Assembly: GCF_009914755.1 (NCBI RefSeq)
Contig: NC_060928.1
Reading direction: 5' to 3' (one strand)
Source: the human T2T-CHM13v2.0 reference genome, Homo sapiens
Length of the DNA stretch: 64,000 nt
Shown here: piece after piece, positions 1 to 19,902 of the stretch
Layout of the letters: every line of letters starts with the position of its first letter
Numbering within the stretch: position 1 is the first letter of the stretch
Made by a program: the position numbers and the translations under genes
Notes under the pieces: generated by a model
The model's database searches: none
Seen by the model: only the letters and a program-made list of their open reading frames with translations
Told to the model about the DNA's origin: nothing

Positions 1-519
1 AGAAAGACAAATTCATTACACACACACTTGCTTACTCCTAATACAAATACATACATTAACTTATATTTACATGAAAGGTTAACAAGAAGAGAAGACTGTC
101 CTTTAGTGTTACAAAGAAAGTAAGGAAAGAAAGTGACCAGGTGCCTTGAATCACATAGTAACAGCAGGGGATTATTTCCCCAGTCTCATTTTGAAAGTCA
201 CAGAGCTTTGGCTATGAGTCTCAGGCAAACCCTTCTATTGTCTCTTCCTCACAGCCTTGTGAGCTTTGTTCACTCTGAGGGCTACCAACTATTTAGATAG
301 TGAGAGACTGAAAGCTTAAGAGAGAGGGTCAATGTAAAGGTAAGAATCTAGCATTGAGATAGACTGGGAGTATTAGGGAAAATCTCTGTTCCTTGGTGTT
401 TTAAAATTTGTTTAATTGGGATCAAGGGCAAAAGAAAGGGAAGATGCTTAAATTTTGGCAAACCTTAATACAAATAAAAAAGTTATTTTCCAAACGACTT
501 TCCAAAATATAGCTGATAG

Positions 520-1053
520 TGTCACTTTCCTTTTCTAAAAACCTTTAATAGCTCCCGACTGCTAAAATGAAAACTCTTTAACATAGCACTCAAGGTCCTC
601 TATCATAATCAGATTCTCCGTACCTTTCCAGCTTTATCAGCAGCCAAACTACTCTTCAAAGAAGCCCTGTGCTTTCCAATGCTACTGTGCTGTTTCCTTT
701 GCTTGAAATACTCCCTCCTGACTGTGGTCCTCCCCAACAATTTGTATTACTGAAATCCTACCCATAGTTGAAGGTCTAGGTCTATTATCACCCTCTCTGT
801 AAAGCTTTCAGAATTCCTCACTTAGATGAAATTTCTTCCTTCGCAGTACTATTTCCAGAACTTTAATTATAAATCTCATATAGCACATGTCACAATGTTG
901 CATTCTGCCTTCAATTTTAATCATTTGTATACATGTCTAAGCTTCCTAACAAGACTGAAAGTTTTATGAGAGCAAGGGACTATATCTTTTTCATTTCTCT
1001 TGCCTCACAAGTTTCCATTTGTAGGCATTCACTGTTCATTGTCCTGAATTAAA
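520..1053 (+). mobile_element. L2 LINE relic (3' region)
   Basis: Degenerate L2 3'-end motifs ('gttttatgagagcaagggactatatc', ending 'gtaggcattcactgttcattgtcctgaatt'); boundaries approximate. Confidence 0.5.
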
Positions 1054-1149
1054 CTAGTACTTGACACTAGTGTTTTTTCTTTTGCCTTTCTCTTTAGGGC
1101 AACTTGTGCAAAGGTGTAGTCTACTGCAAACTATTATTTTCACATGCTT

Positions 1150-2070
1150 TGTTCATTAACTTAATCAATTTGCCTATCAAATATTTATTGAGTGTTTTCT
1201 ATTTGAAAGGCACCATGCTAGGGGCTGGGGATATAACAATGCAACATAGTCCCTCTCCTTAATGAACTAGATGGGGATATGAATAAGTAAACAGGTGATT
1301 ACAATACCATTTGATAAATGCTACCTAGAGCCATCATTTATGGTTGTTCAAATTGTGCCTTGTACGAGAAAGCCTGAAAAAGGGAGTAAGTGGAGCATGA
1401 AAAGTTGCCCATCCTTTCCTTTCTAAGCTTTGTGCCCTCACATGGTGCTGTATTTCCCTGAAGGAAGCATGGGATTTATCTAATGCATAAATAAAGTTGC
1501 TCTCTATATGTAAACTAAGTAAAAGATTTTCTATGAGGATTTAAGAGTGATACTTAGTTCCAGACTTGAGTTGTTAAGGAAGACTTCCATGAAGAAATGC
1601 TATATAAACAGCATTTCAAAACAAATGGGAGTTACCTAGATTAACAGAAGTGGGAATAATGCTCCAAATGAGGAGAAAAACAAAAAGAGAATATAAGGAA
1701 CTGCAAGTAGGTAATTATGGCTGAAACCTAAGAGGGTGAGGGAGCAGCGGCCAGGAAGGACCTTGGAACACAGAGCAGAATCCAGATCATGGAGAGCCTT
1801 ATAAAAGATGATTAGGATTCGAACTTCATTTTGAAGGCAACGGAAAGTCATAGATATTTTAGCAACTAGTCATAGGGTATTTTGGCAACTATCAAATTTA
1901 CATTTCAAAAAGCTCAGTCTAGTGTAGGGCAGAAGTGAGGGATGGGAAGTTGCAGGCAGGAACAGTGGGGAGCTGCAGTAAGTCTTTCAATAAGTCAGGT
2001 ACAAGATATCAGCAACCTGAGTGAAAACAGTTGTGCAGTAAAGATGGAGATAATTTTAGACCTAGTTAAC
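1150..2070 (-). mobile_element. L2 LINE relic
   Basis: Begins with reverse-complement L2 tail 'caaatatttattgagtgttttctat...aggcaccatgctaggggctggggatat'; boundaries approximate. Confidence 0.55.
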
Positions 2071-2174
2071 AGAGTAATAAGTCAAATAATACTTTTTCAT
2101 ATAATTTCTTGCCATTAGTCAAGAAGGATAAAATACTACTTCAAATAAACAGGCTGGGTGGTTTGGAGGAAAGT

Positions 2175-2345
2175 GTAGGAACTTTGTAGACAGATAGCCC
2201 TGGGTCTGAATCACTACTCTGCCATTTGTCAGCTGTGGGATCTTGGCCAAGTTTCTTAGCCTTTTTGGCCTTAGTTTTGTTACCTGTTAAATGTGTAATA
2301 ATTCAGTTAAACAGTACACTTAGAGGGTTGTTGGAAAAATTGTAT
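2175..2345 (+). mobile_element. MIR SINE
   Basis: MIR core 'cctgggtctgaatc...ctctgccatttgtcagctgtgggatcttggccaagtttcttagcc...ttagttttgttacctgttaaatg'. Confidence 0.65.
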
Positions 2346-2348
2346 ATA

Positions 2349-4742
2349 CAGGAACACCTCATTTATTGTGCTTTGCTATAGTGCATGTCACAATTATTGC
2401 ATTTTTAACCAATTGAAGGGTTGTGGCAATCCTGTGTCAAGCAAGTCTATTGGTACCATTTTTACAATAGCATGTGCTCACTTCATACCTCTAAGTTCCA
2501 TTCTAGTAATTATTGCAATATTTGAAACGTTTTCATTATTATTATATCTGTTATGATGATCTGTGATAAGTGATCTCAGATGCTGCTATTGTAATTACTT
2601 TGGGGGATATGAGCCATACCTATATAAGATGGCAAACTTAGTGAATAAATGTGTTTTGACTGCTCCACTGAATAGCCATTTCTGTTTCTCTCCTTCTCCT
2701 TAAGCCTCCCTATTTCCTGAGACACAAAAATATTAAAAATATTAAAATTAGGCCAATTAATAACCTCAAAATGGCCTTTGGTGTTCAAATGAAAGGAAGA
2801 GTCACATAATTTTCACTTTAAATAAAAAATCTAGAAATAAGATTAAGATTAGTGAGGAAGGCATGTTGATAGCCAAGATAGCCCAAAAGTTGGGCATTTT
2901 GGGCCAAACAGCCAAGTTGTGAATGCAAAGGAAAAATTCTTAAACGAAATTAAAGGTGCTACTCCAGTGAACACACAAACGATAAGAAAGCAAAACAGCC
3001 TTCTTACTGATACAGGGAAAGTTTTTGTGGTCTGGATAGGAGATCAAACTAGCCACACCATTCTCTTAATCACCATCTGCAGAGCCAGGCCTTAGCTCTC
3101 CAATTCTATGAAGGCTGTGAGAGATGAGGAAGCTGGAGAAGAAAAGTTGGAAGCTAGCAGACATTGGTTCATGAGCTTTAAGAAAAGAAGCTGTCTCCAT
3201 AACTAAAAGTGTAAGGTGAAGCAACAGGTACTAATGGAGAAACTGCAGTTATCCAGAATATCTAGCTAAGATTGCTGATGACACTAAACAGATTTTCAAT
3301 GCAAATGAAGCAGCCTTTGATTGGAAGAAGATGCCATCTAGGGCTTTCATAACTAGAGATAAGAGATCAATGCCTGGCTTCAAGGCTTCAAAGGATAGGC
3401 TGACTCTCCTGTTAGAGGCTAATGTAGATGGTGACTTTCAGTTGAAGCTAATACTCACTGACCATTCCAAAATCCTAGGGCCCTTAAGAATTATGCCAAA
3501 TCTACTCTGCCTGTGTTCTATAAATGGAACAACAAAGTCCGGACGACAGCACACCTGTTTGCAGCATGGTTACTGAATATTTTAAGTTCTTTGTTGTGAC
3601 CTACTACTCAGAAAAAAAGATTCCTTTCAAAATATTATTGCTCATTGACAATGCACCTGGTCACCCAAGAGCTCTGACGGAGAACATACAAAGAGATGAA
3701 TGTTGTCTTCATGCATTCTAACACATTTTGCAATCCATGGATGAAGGAGTCATTTCAACCTTCAGGTCTTATTCTTTAAGAAATACATTTTGTAAGGCTG
3801 TAGCTGCTATAGATAGTGACTCCTCTGATGCATCTGGGCAAAATAAATTGAAATCCTCTGGAAATAATCCACCATTCTAGATGCCTTTCAAAACATTTGT
3901 GACTCTTGGGAGGTCACAATATCAACATGAAATGGAGTTTGGAAGAAGTTGATTCCAACCCTCATGGATGACTTTGAGGAGTTCAAGACTTCAGTGGAGG
4001 TAGAAAGTGCAGATATGGTGGAAATAGTAAAAGAACTAGAATTAGAAGCAGAGCCTGAGATGTGGCTGAACTGCTGCAATCTCATGATAAAACTTGGATG
4101 GATGAGGAGTTGCTTCTTATGAATGTGCAAAAAAAAAAGTGTTTTCTTGAGATGCAATCTACTTCTGGTGAAGATGCTGTGTCATTTTTGACAACAAAGC
4201 ATTTATTATATAAATTTATTTGATAAAGCAACAACAGGATTGGAGAGTATTGACTTGATTTGGAAAGAAGTTCTTCTGTGAGTAAAATGCTGTTAAATAG
4301 CACTGCATGCTACAGAGAAATCTTTCATGAAGAGTCAATTGATACGGCAAACGTCATTGTTGTCTTATGTTAAGAAATTGCCACAGCCACTTCAATCTTT
4401 AGCCACCATTGCCCTTTAGGAACCTTTAGCAACCATCAGTCAGTAGCTATCAGTGTGGAGGCAAGACCTTGCACCAGTGAAAAGATTATGATTTAGAGAA
4501 GGCTTGGGTGACTGTTAGCATACTTTTTTTTTTTTTTTTTAGCAATAAAGCATTTTTTGATTAAGGTATGTATGTACTTAATTTAGATATAATGCTGTTG
4601 CATACTTACTAGACTACAGTATAGTGTAAACCACTTTTATATGCACTGGGAGACAAAAAAATTGTGTGATGCATTTTATTGCCATATTTGCCTCATTGGG
4701 TTGGTCTGGAACTGAATTTGCAGTATCTTTGAGGTGTGCCTG
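2349..4742 (+). mobile_element. Tigger1 DNA transposon (TcMar-Tigger), full length, transposase decayed
   Basis: Termini CAGGAACACCTC / GAGGTGTGCCTG are imperfect TIRs, TA on left flank, length about 2.4 kb. ORF 3331-3576 ([31 protein letters not shown]) and 3524-3721 ([16 protein letters not shown]) are pogo/TIGD1-type DDE transposase fragments with frameshifts. Confidence 0.95.
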
Positions 4743-4748
4743 TGTTTC

Positions 4749-4773
4749 TGTGAGTGTGTGTGTGTGTGTGTGT
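4749..4773 (+). repeat. (TG)n microsatellite
   Basis: tgtgagtgtgtgtgtgtgtgtgtgt directly after the Tigger1 right end. Confidence 0.9.
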
Positions 4774-6708
4774 ATATGCCCGATTCACAGGCAGATCCTT
4801 ATTACAAGATGGTTTCCTTCTATCCTCTCTTCTTCCGTTATCCTTTCCTTAATCACTCCTTTTATAGGAGAGAAATTTACAACACTTTGCAAACGCATAG
4901 ATTCAAATGTAAAATGCAAACTTGTCCCCAAATGGAATGTGAGATACGGCTTTATGGTGTTCATGGTGAACTCTTTATGATGGAGGAGTGATTTTTACCA
5001 GTGACTCTTAATGTACTGGGTCACAAACGCTTTGGCAATCAGATAAAGACTATGAATATTGTGTCTCAAAAAATGGCATTTATGTGGAACACTTTACACA
5101 TAATTTCAATTAGTTCAAAAACCTCCTGAAATTCATGATGAACTCCAGGTTAAAAAGTTTTCTTTTATACTATGTTTTAATTTTTAAAATTATGTTAGTG
5201 ACTTAGTGTTTGTGAATATGGCAATTAGGATCTTCCTATAGATTTATAGATTAGTGATTAATAATAGTTTCTACTTTTAAACAAGTCCTTCCAGAAATGG
5301 CTATGTGGAAATTTTTTTGAAAAGCAAACTATGATAGAAAAGTTTGCTTGAAAACAATTCTTGTTCTTAAAAACATGCACTGGCTTATGTGAGAAGACAA
5401 GGCTCTTCTGATAAAATTCCATCATCTAATATCATTTTGTATCAGGAGCCCTAATAAGTCTTGTGGTAAATTTTCTTTTGATCTATGACATTTGGGAACT
5501 GAATTTCAGCAACAAGCATTTATCAGCTTCTGTTTACACTAGACAACTGAGACTAGTAAACCCACACTGTGTTCAAGCCACTGGTCATATTACACAAAGT
5601 ACGCTATGCCCTGAAAAGAATGTATACAATAAAAACTGAGATTCAAAAAACAGTTAGGACTATGATGGATCACAGCCAAGTTCCAACCTCTGTGGGTCAA
5701 ATGGGAGGGCAACTATGGTTAGTTTCTTATTCAGCCACAGACATTCCTGTGGTAAGGAGTAATTAAATGGTGGGCTGTGGAGTACAGGGTGGGTATGTAG
5801 AATAACACATATTGAGACAAGATAACTTTCATCCTGTGTCAGGTCACAAATGTGAGTGCCAAAGATCACAAGATTAAGATGATGACTTTGCAGTTTTTCC
5901 TGGAAATTGGAAAAAAGCTTGCTCTCTCTTTTTAAAAACTGCTTATATTTTACCATATAATATTTCTAGTAAACATGTTAAAAAACCAAGAAAACCAATG
6001 TCTGGATTAGGTGTATTAAGGCCCTCTTCACTACTACTTTGCTTTTTACTACACAAAACTTATGAAAAGCTATAAGAATAAGGACTCAACAGGAGTTTTT
6101 AGTTCATGAGTCTTTCGAAGTAATCTTTTATCACTTAACAAATCAGAGTTATGTAGAAGAGTTTCCACTGTTACTCCCAACTTTTATATGATGTCCAGCA
6201 TGTTCAAGGTGCATTAATATATAAACTATTTTCTTATAATCTAATATAAACCTACAGACTAAAACATTTGCTGACGAGCAAGGCAAGAAAAATGTCAGGA
6301 AGAAAGCCAAGTTTAACCATAGCCAGTGCTTATAGGTATAACAAGATCAAGAAAGAATTCCTTGCATACTTGAAGCTGATAAAGGATATTCACTTCTCAT
6401 TCTTTAACTAAATGCTTAAGGTATAAAGAGGTCTAATAAATTTTAGAACAGGTAAAAAGACCCATGACACGTTTAGAAGTTCTAGAAGTATCATATTAAT
6501 CTGAAGAACTAGATAGATACTATCTGGAGCTAGAGAAGTTTAATACAGGGACAACACATATGCTGAATTGGTTTACAGTGTCTTATGAAGTTATTTTGAC
6601 TCTTTTGAACACATAATTGTAGAAGGATAATCTCAGGTGCCTGAGACCAAAGGCTAGAGGAAGAGCTTGAGCAAAGGGGGGAAGGTGACAGGGCTAAAGA
6701 GAGAAGGG

Positions 6709-7052
6709 TGCCACGGTCTGAATGTTTGTGTCTTCCCCAAATTCATATGTTAAAATCTTAACCCCAAGGTAATGATATTAGGAGGGAGGGCCTTTGGGGG
6801 TGATGAGGTCATGAGGGGAGACCCTTCATGAATAGAATTAGTACCTGATAAAAAGGACCTGAGAGAGCTTCCTTGCCCCTTCTTCCACATGAAGACACAG
6901 CATAAAGATGGCCATATATGAACTATGAAGTGGGCTCTTACCAGAGCCTTTATCTTGGACTTAGTCTCCAGAACTGTGAGAAATAAATTTCTATTGTTAT
7001 AAGCCACCCAATCTTTGGTATTTTGTTCTTGTAGCCTGAATGAACAAAGAGA
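6709..7052 (+). mobile_element. MLT1A0-like MaLR solo LTR
   Basis: 'tgccacggtctgaatgtttgtgtcttccccaaattcatatgttaaaatc...agaactgtgagaaataaatttctattgttataagccaccca' matches the MLT1A consensus layout. Confidence 0.85.
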
Positions 7053-9589
7053 CTAGCAAAAGGTAAAGGCTACCAATGATCACCACAATATCTTAAAACT
7101 TGGTTTAGCTTGGTTAAGGAATCCAGGAAGTAATGGGGAGCCGGGAGAGGGGGGAAAAGCCTCATATTACCACAACACAAATTAACTTCCAACCTATCAT
7201 CTACAGATCAAATATACTAGGGCTACAGGGGAGTGTAAATTAACACAATTGGGTTGTTACCTTATTTTAAAAAGTAGATGCAATGGCATGTCTTGCTTAT
7301 TATGAATCTGATCATTTTTATTTAAAAACAACTGAAATCACATTTTAAACTTAATTATTACATGCCACATGTAGAAAGTATCAGTTACTCACACTGTTTA
7401 GTGATAGAATATCCACATAAACTGTCTCTTGTCTAGGTTTCTAGACAAGAATAAAATATTATTCAGATATACATTACTCTTTTCTATTTTTTGTTTTGCT
7501 TTAAAGAATAATTGCCCATCTGCCTGCAACTAGATATGTTTAGATGAATATTTCTTTTGATAACAAAAGAAAAGTATTAACTTTGTGCCAAGAATATAAC
7601 AATTTAAGGGTAAGATGAACTGTCTCTAATATTTTCTGAAAAGATAAGACAAAGTGAGAGGCAAAGATTCCTCCAGTTTCTTTTGTAGATATCCTTTTGA
7701 ATGTGATACACTGTTGGGGATAAAATATTAGTGGTCTCATAATCACAAAATATTATCTAGATATAGTTAATAATTAATTTTAGTCTTATGAGTTTCAGAG
7801 ACTAACATACCAATAAGACATTTACACTTTTTCTTAAAACTAAAGTTATAAAAACACTAATTGGAGCTTTCAATTTCTTCTATTCTATGTTGTTGGCCAG
7901 TTTTCCAGTCTGAGACCCATCACTGTCTCTAGAGTTGCATCCCATTACCTTATTTTCCCACAGGGAGGAAAACAGCACAATAACACATTAAGCATGCTAT
8001 GGTACCAACTCATTATTCTTACTAAACATCACGATTTACTTTCAGGAAAGAGATGGATTCACTATGGAGTTTTTACAAGCTGAAACTTTGACCTTATGTT
8101 AGAAGTAGGGTAATGTGGGTAATGGTTGCCATGGGTATCAAAACAAATTATACATTTTCCACTAGGTAACATTTGATTAATGTCAAAATAAAAATTCTCC
8201 TTTATATCTGAACACTCTGCTCAAGGATATAAAAATGTACCTTTTTATATCCTTGTTTACTTAATACATGATATGGTAGACTAGCTCTCCCTATTGATCT
8301 GAATAGTTATTGCTTCAATTCCCAGATTTATATACTTGTTCTCTGAGATTAATTCAGCATGCTTCAGTTTTGTAAGAGGTATCTTTCTGGGGCTCTCTGT
8401 ATATATCCTGCTGGCATGTTTTGTTTCTAAGCCCAGAGAATCTAATTACAGTTTAGTAGCCAAAGATGTAATATCTCACATGACTTTTTAAAAAACGATT
8501 ATTTTTGCAACAGCACAAGAGTGAGACTTTGCCGTGTTTTTCATTTTAAATGTGACACAATAAAGGCTTGAATTGACTTCATGCTTGTTTTGATACAAAG
8601 GTCTTCCTACCAATAGATGCAGTCGACATTTGTTTGGCTTGTCAAATTAAACTCATCCATACAGCAACAAGGATTAGCACAAAAACGGGTCTACCCTGTG
8701 AACAGTACCATACATTTCAGAGATCTAGGACTCCACTTCACTCATTAGAGATTATCTGATTTTTCTTAAGACTTAGTAATATAGCTTTGCTTACAGCATA
8801 TTTGACTATACTTGATTATACTATACACTATAGCTCATTGCTTTATTTAACCTTTAAGATAAAGTGAATTAAGGAATAACTGACAAGTGGGATTTAGCAA
8901 GACTAAATTCTGGCCTAGAGAAGCCTCTACATGGTACCTTAAGTAAACTAAGATCTTTGCAGTCCTTCTTTACTCTGTTCTGGTGAAAAGCAATGTTTTA
9001 TCTAGATAAAAAATGGCAGATTCCAAAGGTTTTCTGATGTATTTAATGTGGAAGCAGGGCCAAATACAAATACAAAAGGGGAAGTGGTAATTGTAAAGAA
9101 ACCATCTTATAGCAATAAACCGCTAATCAATTGTAATTACAGGAAATAGTTAATGAATACATATTAAAATGGTATCACATGGCTTCTGATTATATAATAC
9201 TTATTCAGGCACATGAATAAGCTGTATTTCTCAGATCCATTCTGTCTTCTATGTGAGTTTAGATAATATATCCAATACATCTGGTCACTGTATAGTAATT
9301 TCTGCATATCTGTATGACAAAAGACACTCCAGTACTAATTTGTATGTCAAATGGATGATTTTAATGCTGTCAGCTGCCAGCTGCAGCACACTGATTTTCA
9401 CTTAGAAGAAAAGCTGTTAGTTTCCGAAGATTCACTTAAAAAAAAACCCAAAATACCTTCAGAGGTTAAAAAAGACCTCATCAGAACAACTCTTATGAAA
9501 ACTTCTTCACTACTACTGATCAGAAAGTGTAGGGCTCAGATAAGCGGGTGATATTAGGGTAGCCTGAACACATTAAATTCTATACCTTA

Positions 9590-11225
9590 TTTGAAAAAAT
9601 TGAGGTAAAACATATATAACATAAAATTTTTCCTTTTAACCATTTTTAAGTGTAGAATTCAGTGGTTTTAAGTACGCTTGCAATACTGTACAACCATCAC
9701 CACTAGTTATTTCCAATTTTTTTCATCATCTCAGAGAAACTTTGGACTCATTAAGCATTAATTTCCATTCCTCCCTCCCCCAGCCCGTGGTACCACTAAT
9801 CTACTTCCTGTCTCCATGAATTTGCTGATTGTTGATATTTTATATAAATGAAATTATACAATATTTGTCCTTTTTATATGTGGATTATACTTAGCATAAT
9901 ATTTACATGGTTCATTCACTCTGCATCAAATATCAGAACTTCGTGTCTTTTTATGGCTGAACATTACACTGTATATACTACCTTTTGTTTATTAATTTAT
10001 CTGTTGATAGACACTTGGGTTGTTTCCACCTTTGACTTGTCAATAATGCTACAATGAACATTGGTGTACAATATCTGTTTGAGTCCCTGTTTTCAATTCT
10101 TTTTGGTAAGCATCTAGCAGTCAAATTACTGACTCATATGGCAATTCCATATTTACTTTTTCAAGCAAGTGCCAAAATATTTTCTATAGAAGCTACATCA
10201 TTTTACAATCCCACTATTAATGCACCAGGGTTCTAATTTCTCCTCATCCTTGCCAACACTTGGGTGTGAAGAGCTATCTCACTGTGGTTTTAATTTTTAT
10301 TTCCCTAATGACTAATGATACTGATTATCTTTTCCATGTGCTTATTGGCCATTTGTATATCTTCCTCAGAGAAATGTCTACTCAAGTCTTTTGCCCATTT
10401 CTTAATATCGTTGTCTGTTGTTGAGCTGTAGGAGTTGTTAGTGAATAGAAATACAACTGATTTTTGCATATTGATTTTGTATTCTGGTATTAAGTCCTTA
10501 TCAGGCATATGATTTACAAATATTTTCTCCCATTTTATGGGTTGTCTTTTCACTCTCTTCAAAGTGTCCTTTGAAGCACAAATTCTTACTTTTAGAAGTC
10601 CAACTTACTGTTTGTTGTCTGTGCTCTTGGTGTCATATGTAAGAAACCACTGTCAAATCCAAGGTTATGAAGATTTATCTCCACATTTTCCTCTAAGAGT
10701 TTTATAGTTGTAGATTGTAAATTTAGTCTTTGGTCCATTTTGAGTTAAATTTTATATATGGTTTAATGTAAGGGTCCAATTTCATTTTTTGCGTGTGGAT
10801 ATTCAGTTTTCCCAGCACCATTTGTTGAATAATCTATCTTTTCTCACTAAATGGTCTTGGCACCTTTGTCAAATATCAATTTTCCATAGACGTGAGGGTT
10901 TATTTCTGGGCTCTCAATTTAATTCCATTGGTCTATATGTCTATCATTATGCCTGTATCGTTTTGATTACTATAGCTTTGTAGTAAATTCTCAAATCAAG
11001 AAGTATGAGTCCTCTGACTTTGTTCTTTTTCAAGATTGTTTTGGGTATTATGGGTCCCTAGAAATTTAATATGAATTTTAGTATGGATTTTTTTAATTAA
11101 AAAATGCAATTGGGATTTTTATAGGTACTGCATGGAAGTTACACATTGTTTTGGGTAGTATTGTCATCAAAACAATTATTCCAACACATGAACATGGGAT
11201 GTCTATCTATTTAGATATTCAATTT
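9590..11225 (-). mobile_element. Old L1 (L1MB-like) 3' UTR and ORF2 end
   Basis: Reverse-complement L1M 3' end 'ttgaggtaaaacatatataacataaaatt...aaccatttttaagtgtagaattcagtgg'; ORF 10305-10562 is an ORF2 C-terminal fragment (KWEKIFVNH...[22 protein letters not shown]). Confidence 0.85.
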
Positions 11226-17336
<6,111 letters not shown>

Positions 17337-17489
17337 AACATAGTACATTTTCTACTTTTTAAAAAAACTTTCTATGAAGGAATGGAAGATTGGCTCAAAT
17401 TCTAGAACTTTTTTATTATCATCATACATAAGATAAAATAGTATTTATTAAATTTACATGTATGTAAATAAGTACTAGAAAACAAAATT

Positions 17490-17700
17490 AATAGTTGATG
17501 TTAACTGAGTGCTCACTAGTATCAGGCTCTGTGATGAACCATATATGCCTAATCTAAAATCTTCACAAGAATTCTGTGAGGTAGGTATTTTTAGCCCCTT
17601 TTATGATGACTTAGAATAAATAATTTGTGCAAATTAACACAGCTGGTAAGAAATAGAACACAGAAACCAATGTAGGTTGACTAAAAGATTCATGTATTTA
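17490..17700 (-). mobile_element. MIR SINE
   Basis: 'actgagtgctcactagtatcaggctctgtg...cttcacaagaattctgtgaggtaggtatttttagcccc...acacagctggtaag'. Confidence 0.6.
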
Positions 17701-17719
17701 GATACTACCCTTATCCAAA

Positions 17720-18160
17720 TAACAGTCCAGGTACAAATTAGCCCTAAGAATAAACTGAGGGGGGCTCACTTATAAAGACATTAATTATGAAGGTACAGGT
17801 GCTATATAAGAGAATCATAAGAGATAGTGCAGTTACCTGGGGCTAGCAAAAGCAGAGCTGTTGCCATCCCTACAGCCAGAGGGACCAGTTGTTGGTAAAT
17901 GTGTTGTGGAGAGAAGGCTTCCTGGAGAGAAGTGTTACCCTTCAACAGAGGGACAAGCCAACCTGACATAATTCTGGAGGGAAGGGCACAGCAGGAGAAA
18001 TATTCTGTCCCCATTCTCTCCTATAGCTTGCCAGAGCTCCCGACTGGTTAACAACTGGAAGCCAGGAGACATGGAAGTTAGCTTCCTGGGGTGAATAAGG
18101 TAAAAAAGGATGGAGAATAGATCTATGATGGGAGGTGGGGCAAAGAAAAGGTATCCAGGA
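17720..18160. mobile_element. Ancient ERVL/MaLR-type LTR remnant (family uncertain)
   Basis: Resembles old LTR end 'caactggaagccagg...ggatggagaatagatct...gggcaaag...tatccag'; highly diverged. Confidence 0.3.
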
Positions 18161-19069
18161 CAACCATGGATACATAATATAATTCCAACAAATATGCTTT
18201 AAACTGAGACACTTCAAAATTAGTGGGAAGGAAAAACAATAGGCCTACAGATCTGTACAGCAGACAAAAAGATGTAAAGTACATGCAAGTAAATATGTAA
18301 AGTTCTCTTCTGCCCCATGCTGAGAAAAGTATTAAAGATACATTGCTATAAAAATGTTTAAAACAGTTTCTTGAAACGATTTCCTAATGTTGGATTGAAG
18401 CATACTAGCTGAGCATATAATTTGTTCAGTAATTGTCTATAAGTATGCCTGAGTATGGAGGACGTGAAGAAGAAAGAATTATTTATCATAGCATCTGGTT
18501 TCTGATAAGTATGATATTGACTGACTTATTTGGAATGTGATGGCTCTTTAATAAAAATATATGATACTAGTAGCAATAAATAATCTGAATAGTCATGCTT
18601 CGAGATTGCCTTCACATTTTAAACTTTTATTTTTACTAGCACTTTGATTGGCAATATAGTGTTCTATACAATGCCTTGTACATCATAGATGACGTATTTA
18701 ATTGATTATTTAATGAAAGAAATGAGTTACCTATTGACTTATATATATGTTTTTACCTTTATGGTAAAATTAAAATGAACAGAAGCCTAGGGTTTAGTAC
18801 AATGAGTAAGATATTAGAAAACATTTGGCAATCTTAAAAAGATAATTATACAAGGTCTGTTTATTAGATATCATCTTTAAAATTGTTAATGTTTTATGAA
18901 AATAGAGCCCTAAGCATGTTAGCACATACAGCATAAAAGTTTATTTCAGGTCTTGCTTTCACACACTGGGAGAACACTGTGATCTGTGAAAGTCAGAATA
19001 AGCCTGTTTTAGAAAACAGGATATGTGGCAGCATTCACACTCAAAAGCCTTCGGAGCTCACTGAGTTAA

Positions 19070-19190
19070 GGGTGTGATTTATAGAGTCATACAGACTGGT
19101 GTTTCAATCCTGGCTCTGACACAGGCAAATGAGATTAACTTTGAGTCTAAGTTTTCTAATGTGTAAGATGTATAAAACAATAGCTCTGTA
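19070..19190 (+). mobile_element. MIR fragment
   Basis: 'gagtcatacagactggtgtttcaatcctggctctgacacaggcaa...gtctaagttttctaatgtgtaagatg'. Confidence 0.5.
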
Positions 19191-19902
19191 GAGGATGGCA
19201 GGGGGCCATAGGTAGGTGCCCTGGCAGTGGCAGCTCAGGTGCTGTGGGTAGGAAGTGCTCCAGTGGGAGGCACCATAGGCAGGCAGTTCTTGAGTGGGGA
19301 TGCTGCAGGTTAGAAGTGTATGGCATCCATGACTGGGATTATTACCATTTTTGGGATTTCTTTAGGCCATATATTACTTGGAACCTAAACATGTGATTTT
19401 ACATAGTGTATCTGCACTATAATTGAAAGTTGAGATTTTTCACTGGAATGACATAGCAACATAAATTAATGTAGCAGCAGCAACAGCAGCAGTATTGTGG
19501 TAGCAGTAAAAAATAATAATTTAACAACTTACATCAAAATAATATAGACACTATGGCTTTAGTGAGAGGTTGTCATGTAAATTCAAGAAATGCAGAGAAC
19601 CCTTGTGAGATACTATGTAAGACAACCATCCCCAAGACACACAGTCATCAGATTCTCCAAGGTAGATGTGAAAGAAAAAATCGTATAGGTAACTAGAGAG
19701 AAGCGGCGGGTCACTTACAAAGGGAACTCTGTCAGGCTCAGTAGACCTTTCCGCAGAAACTTTACAAGCCAGAAGAGACTGGGAGCCTATTTTCAATATC
19801 TTTAAATAAAAGAAATCCCAAGCAATAATTTTATAGCCCACCAACTAAGCTTCATAAGCAAAAGAGAACGCAATTCTTTCCAGACAAGCAAAAGCTAAGG
19901 GA

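Noticed and set aside
19190-19510. GC-rich patch and short CAG-like run
   Set aside because: The patch may be a scrap of old L1 5' UTR but cannot be assigned; the CAG run is short, impure and intronic
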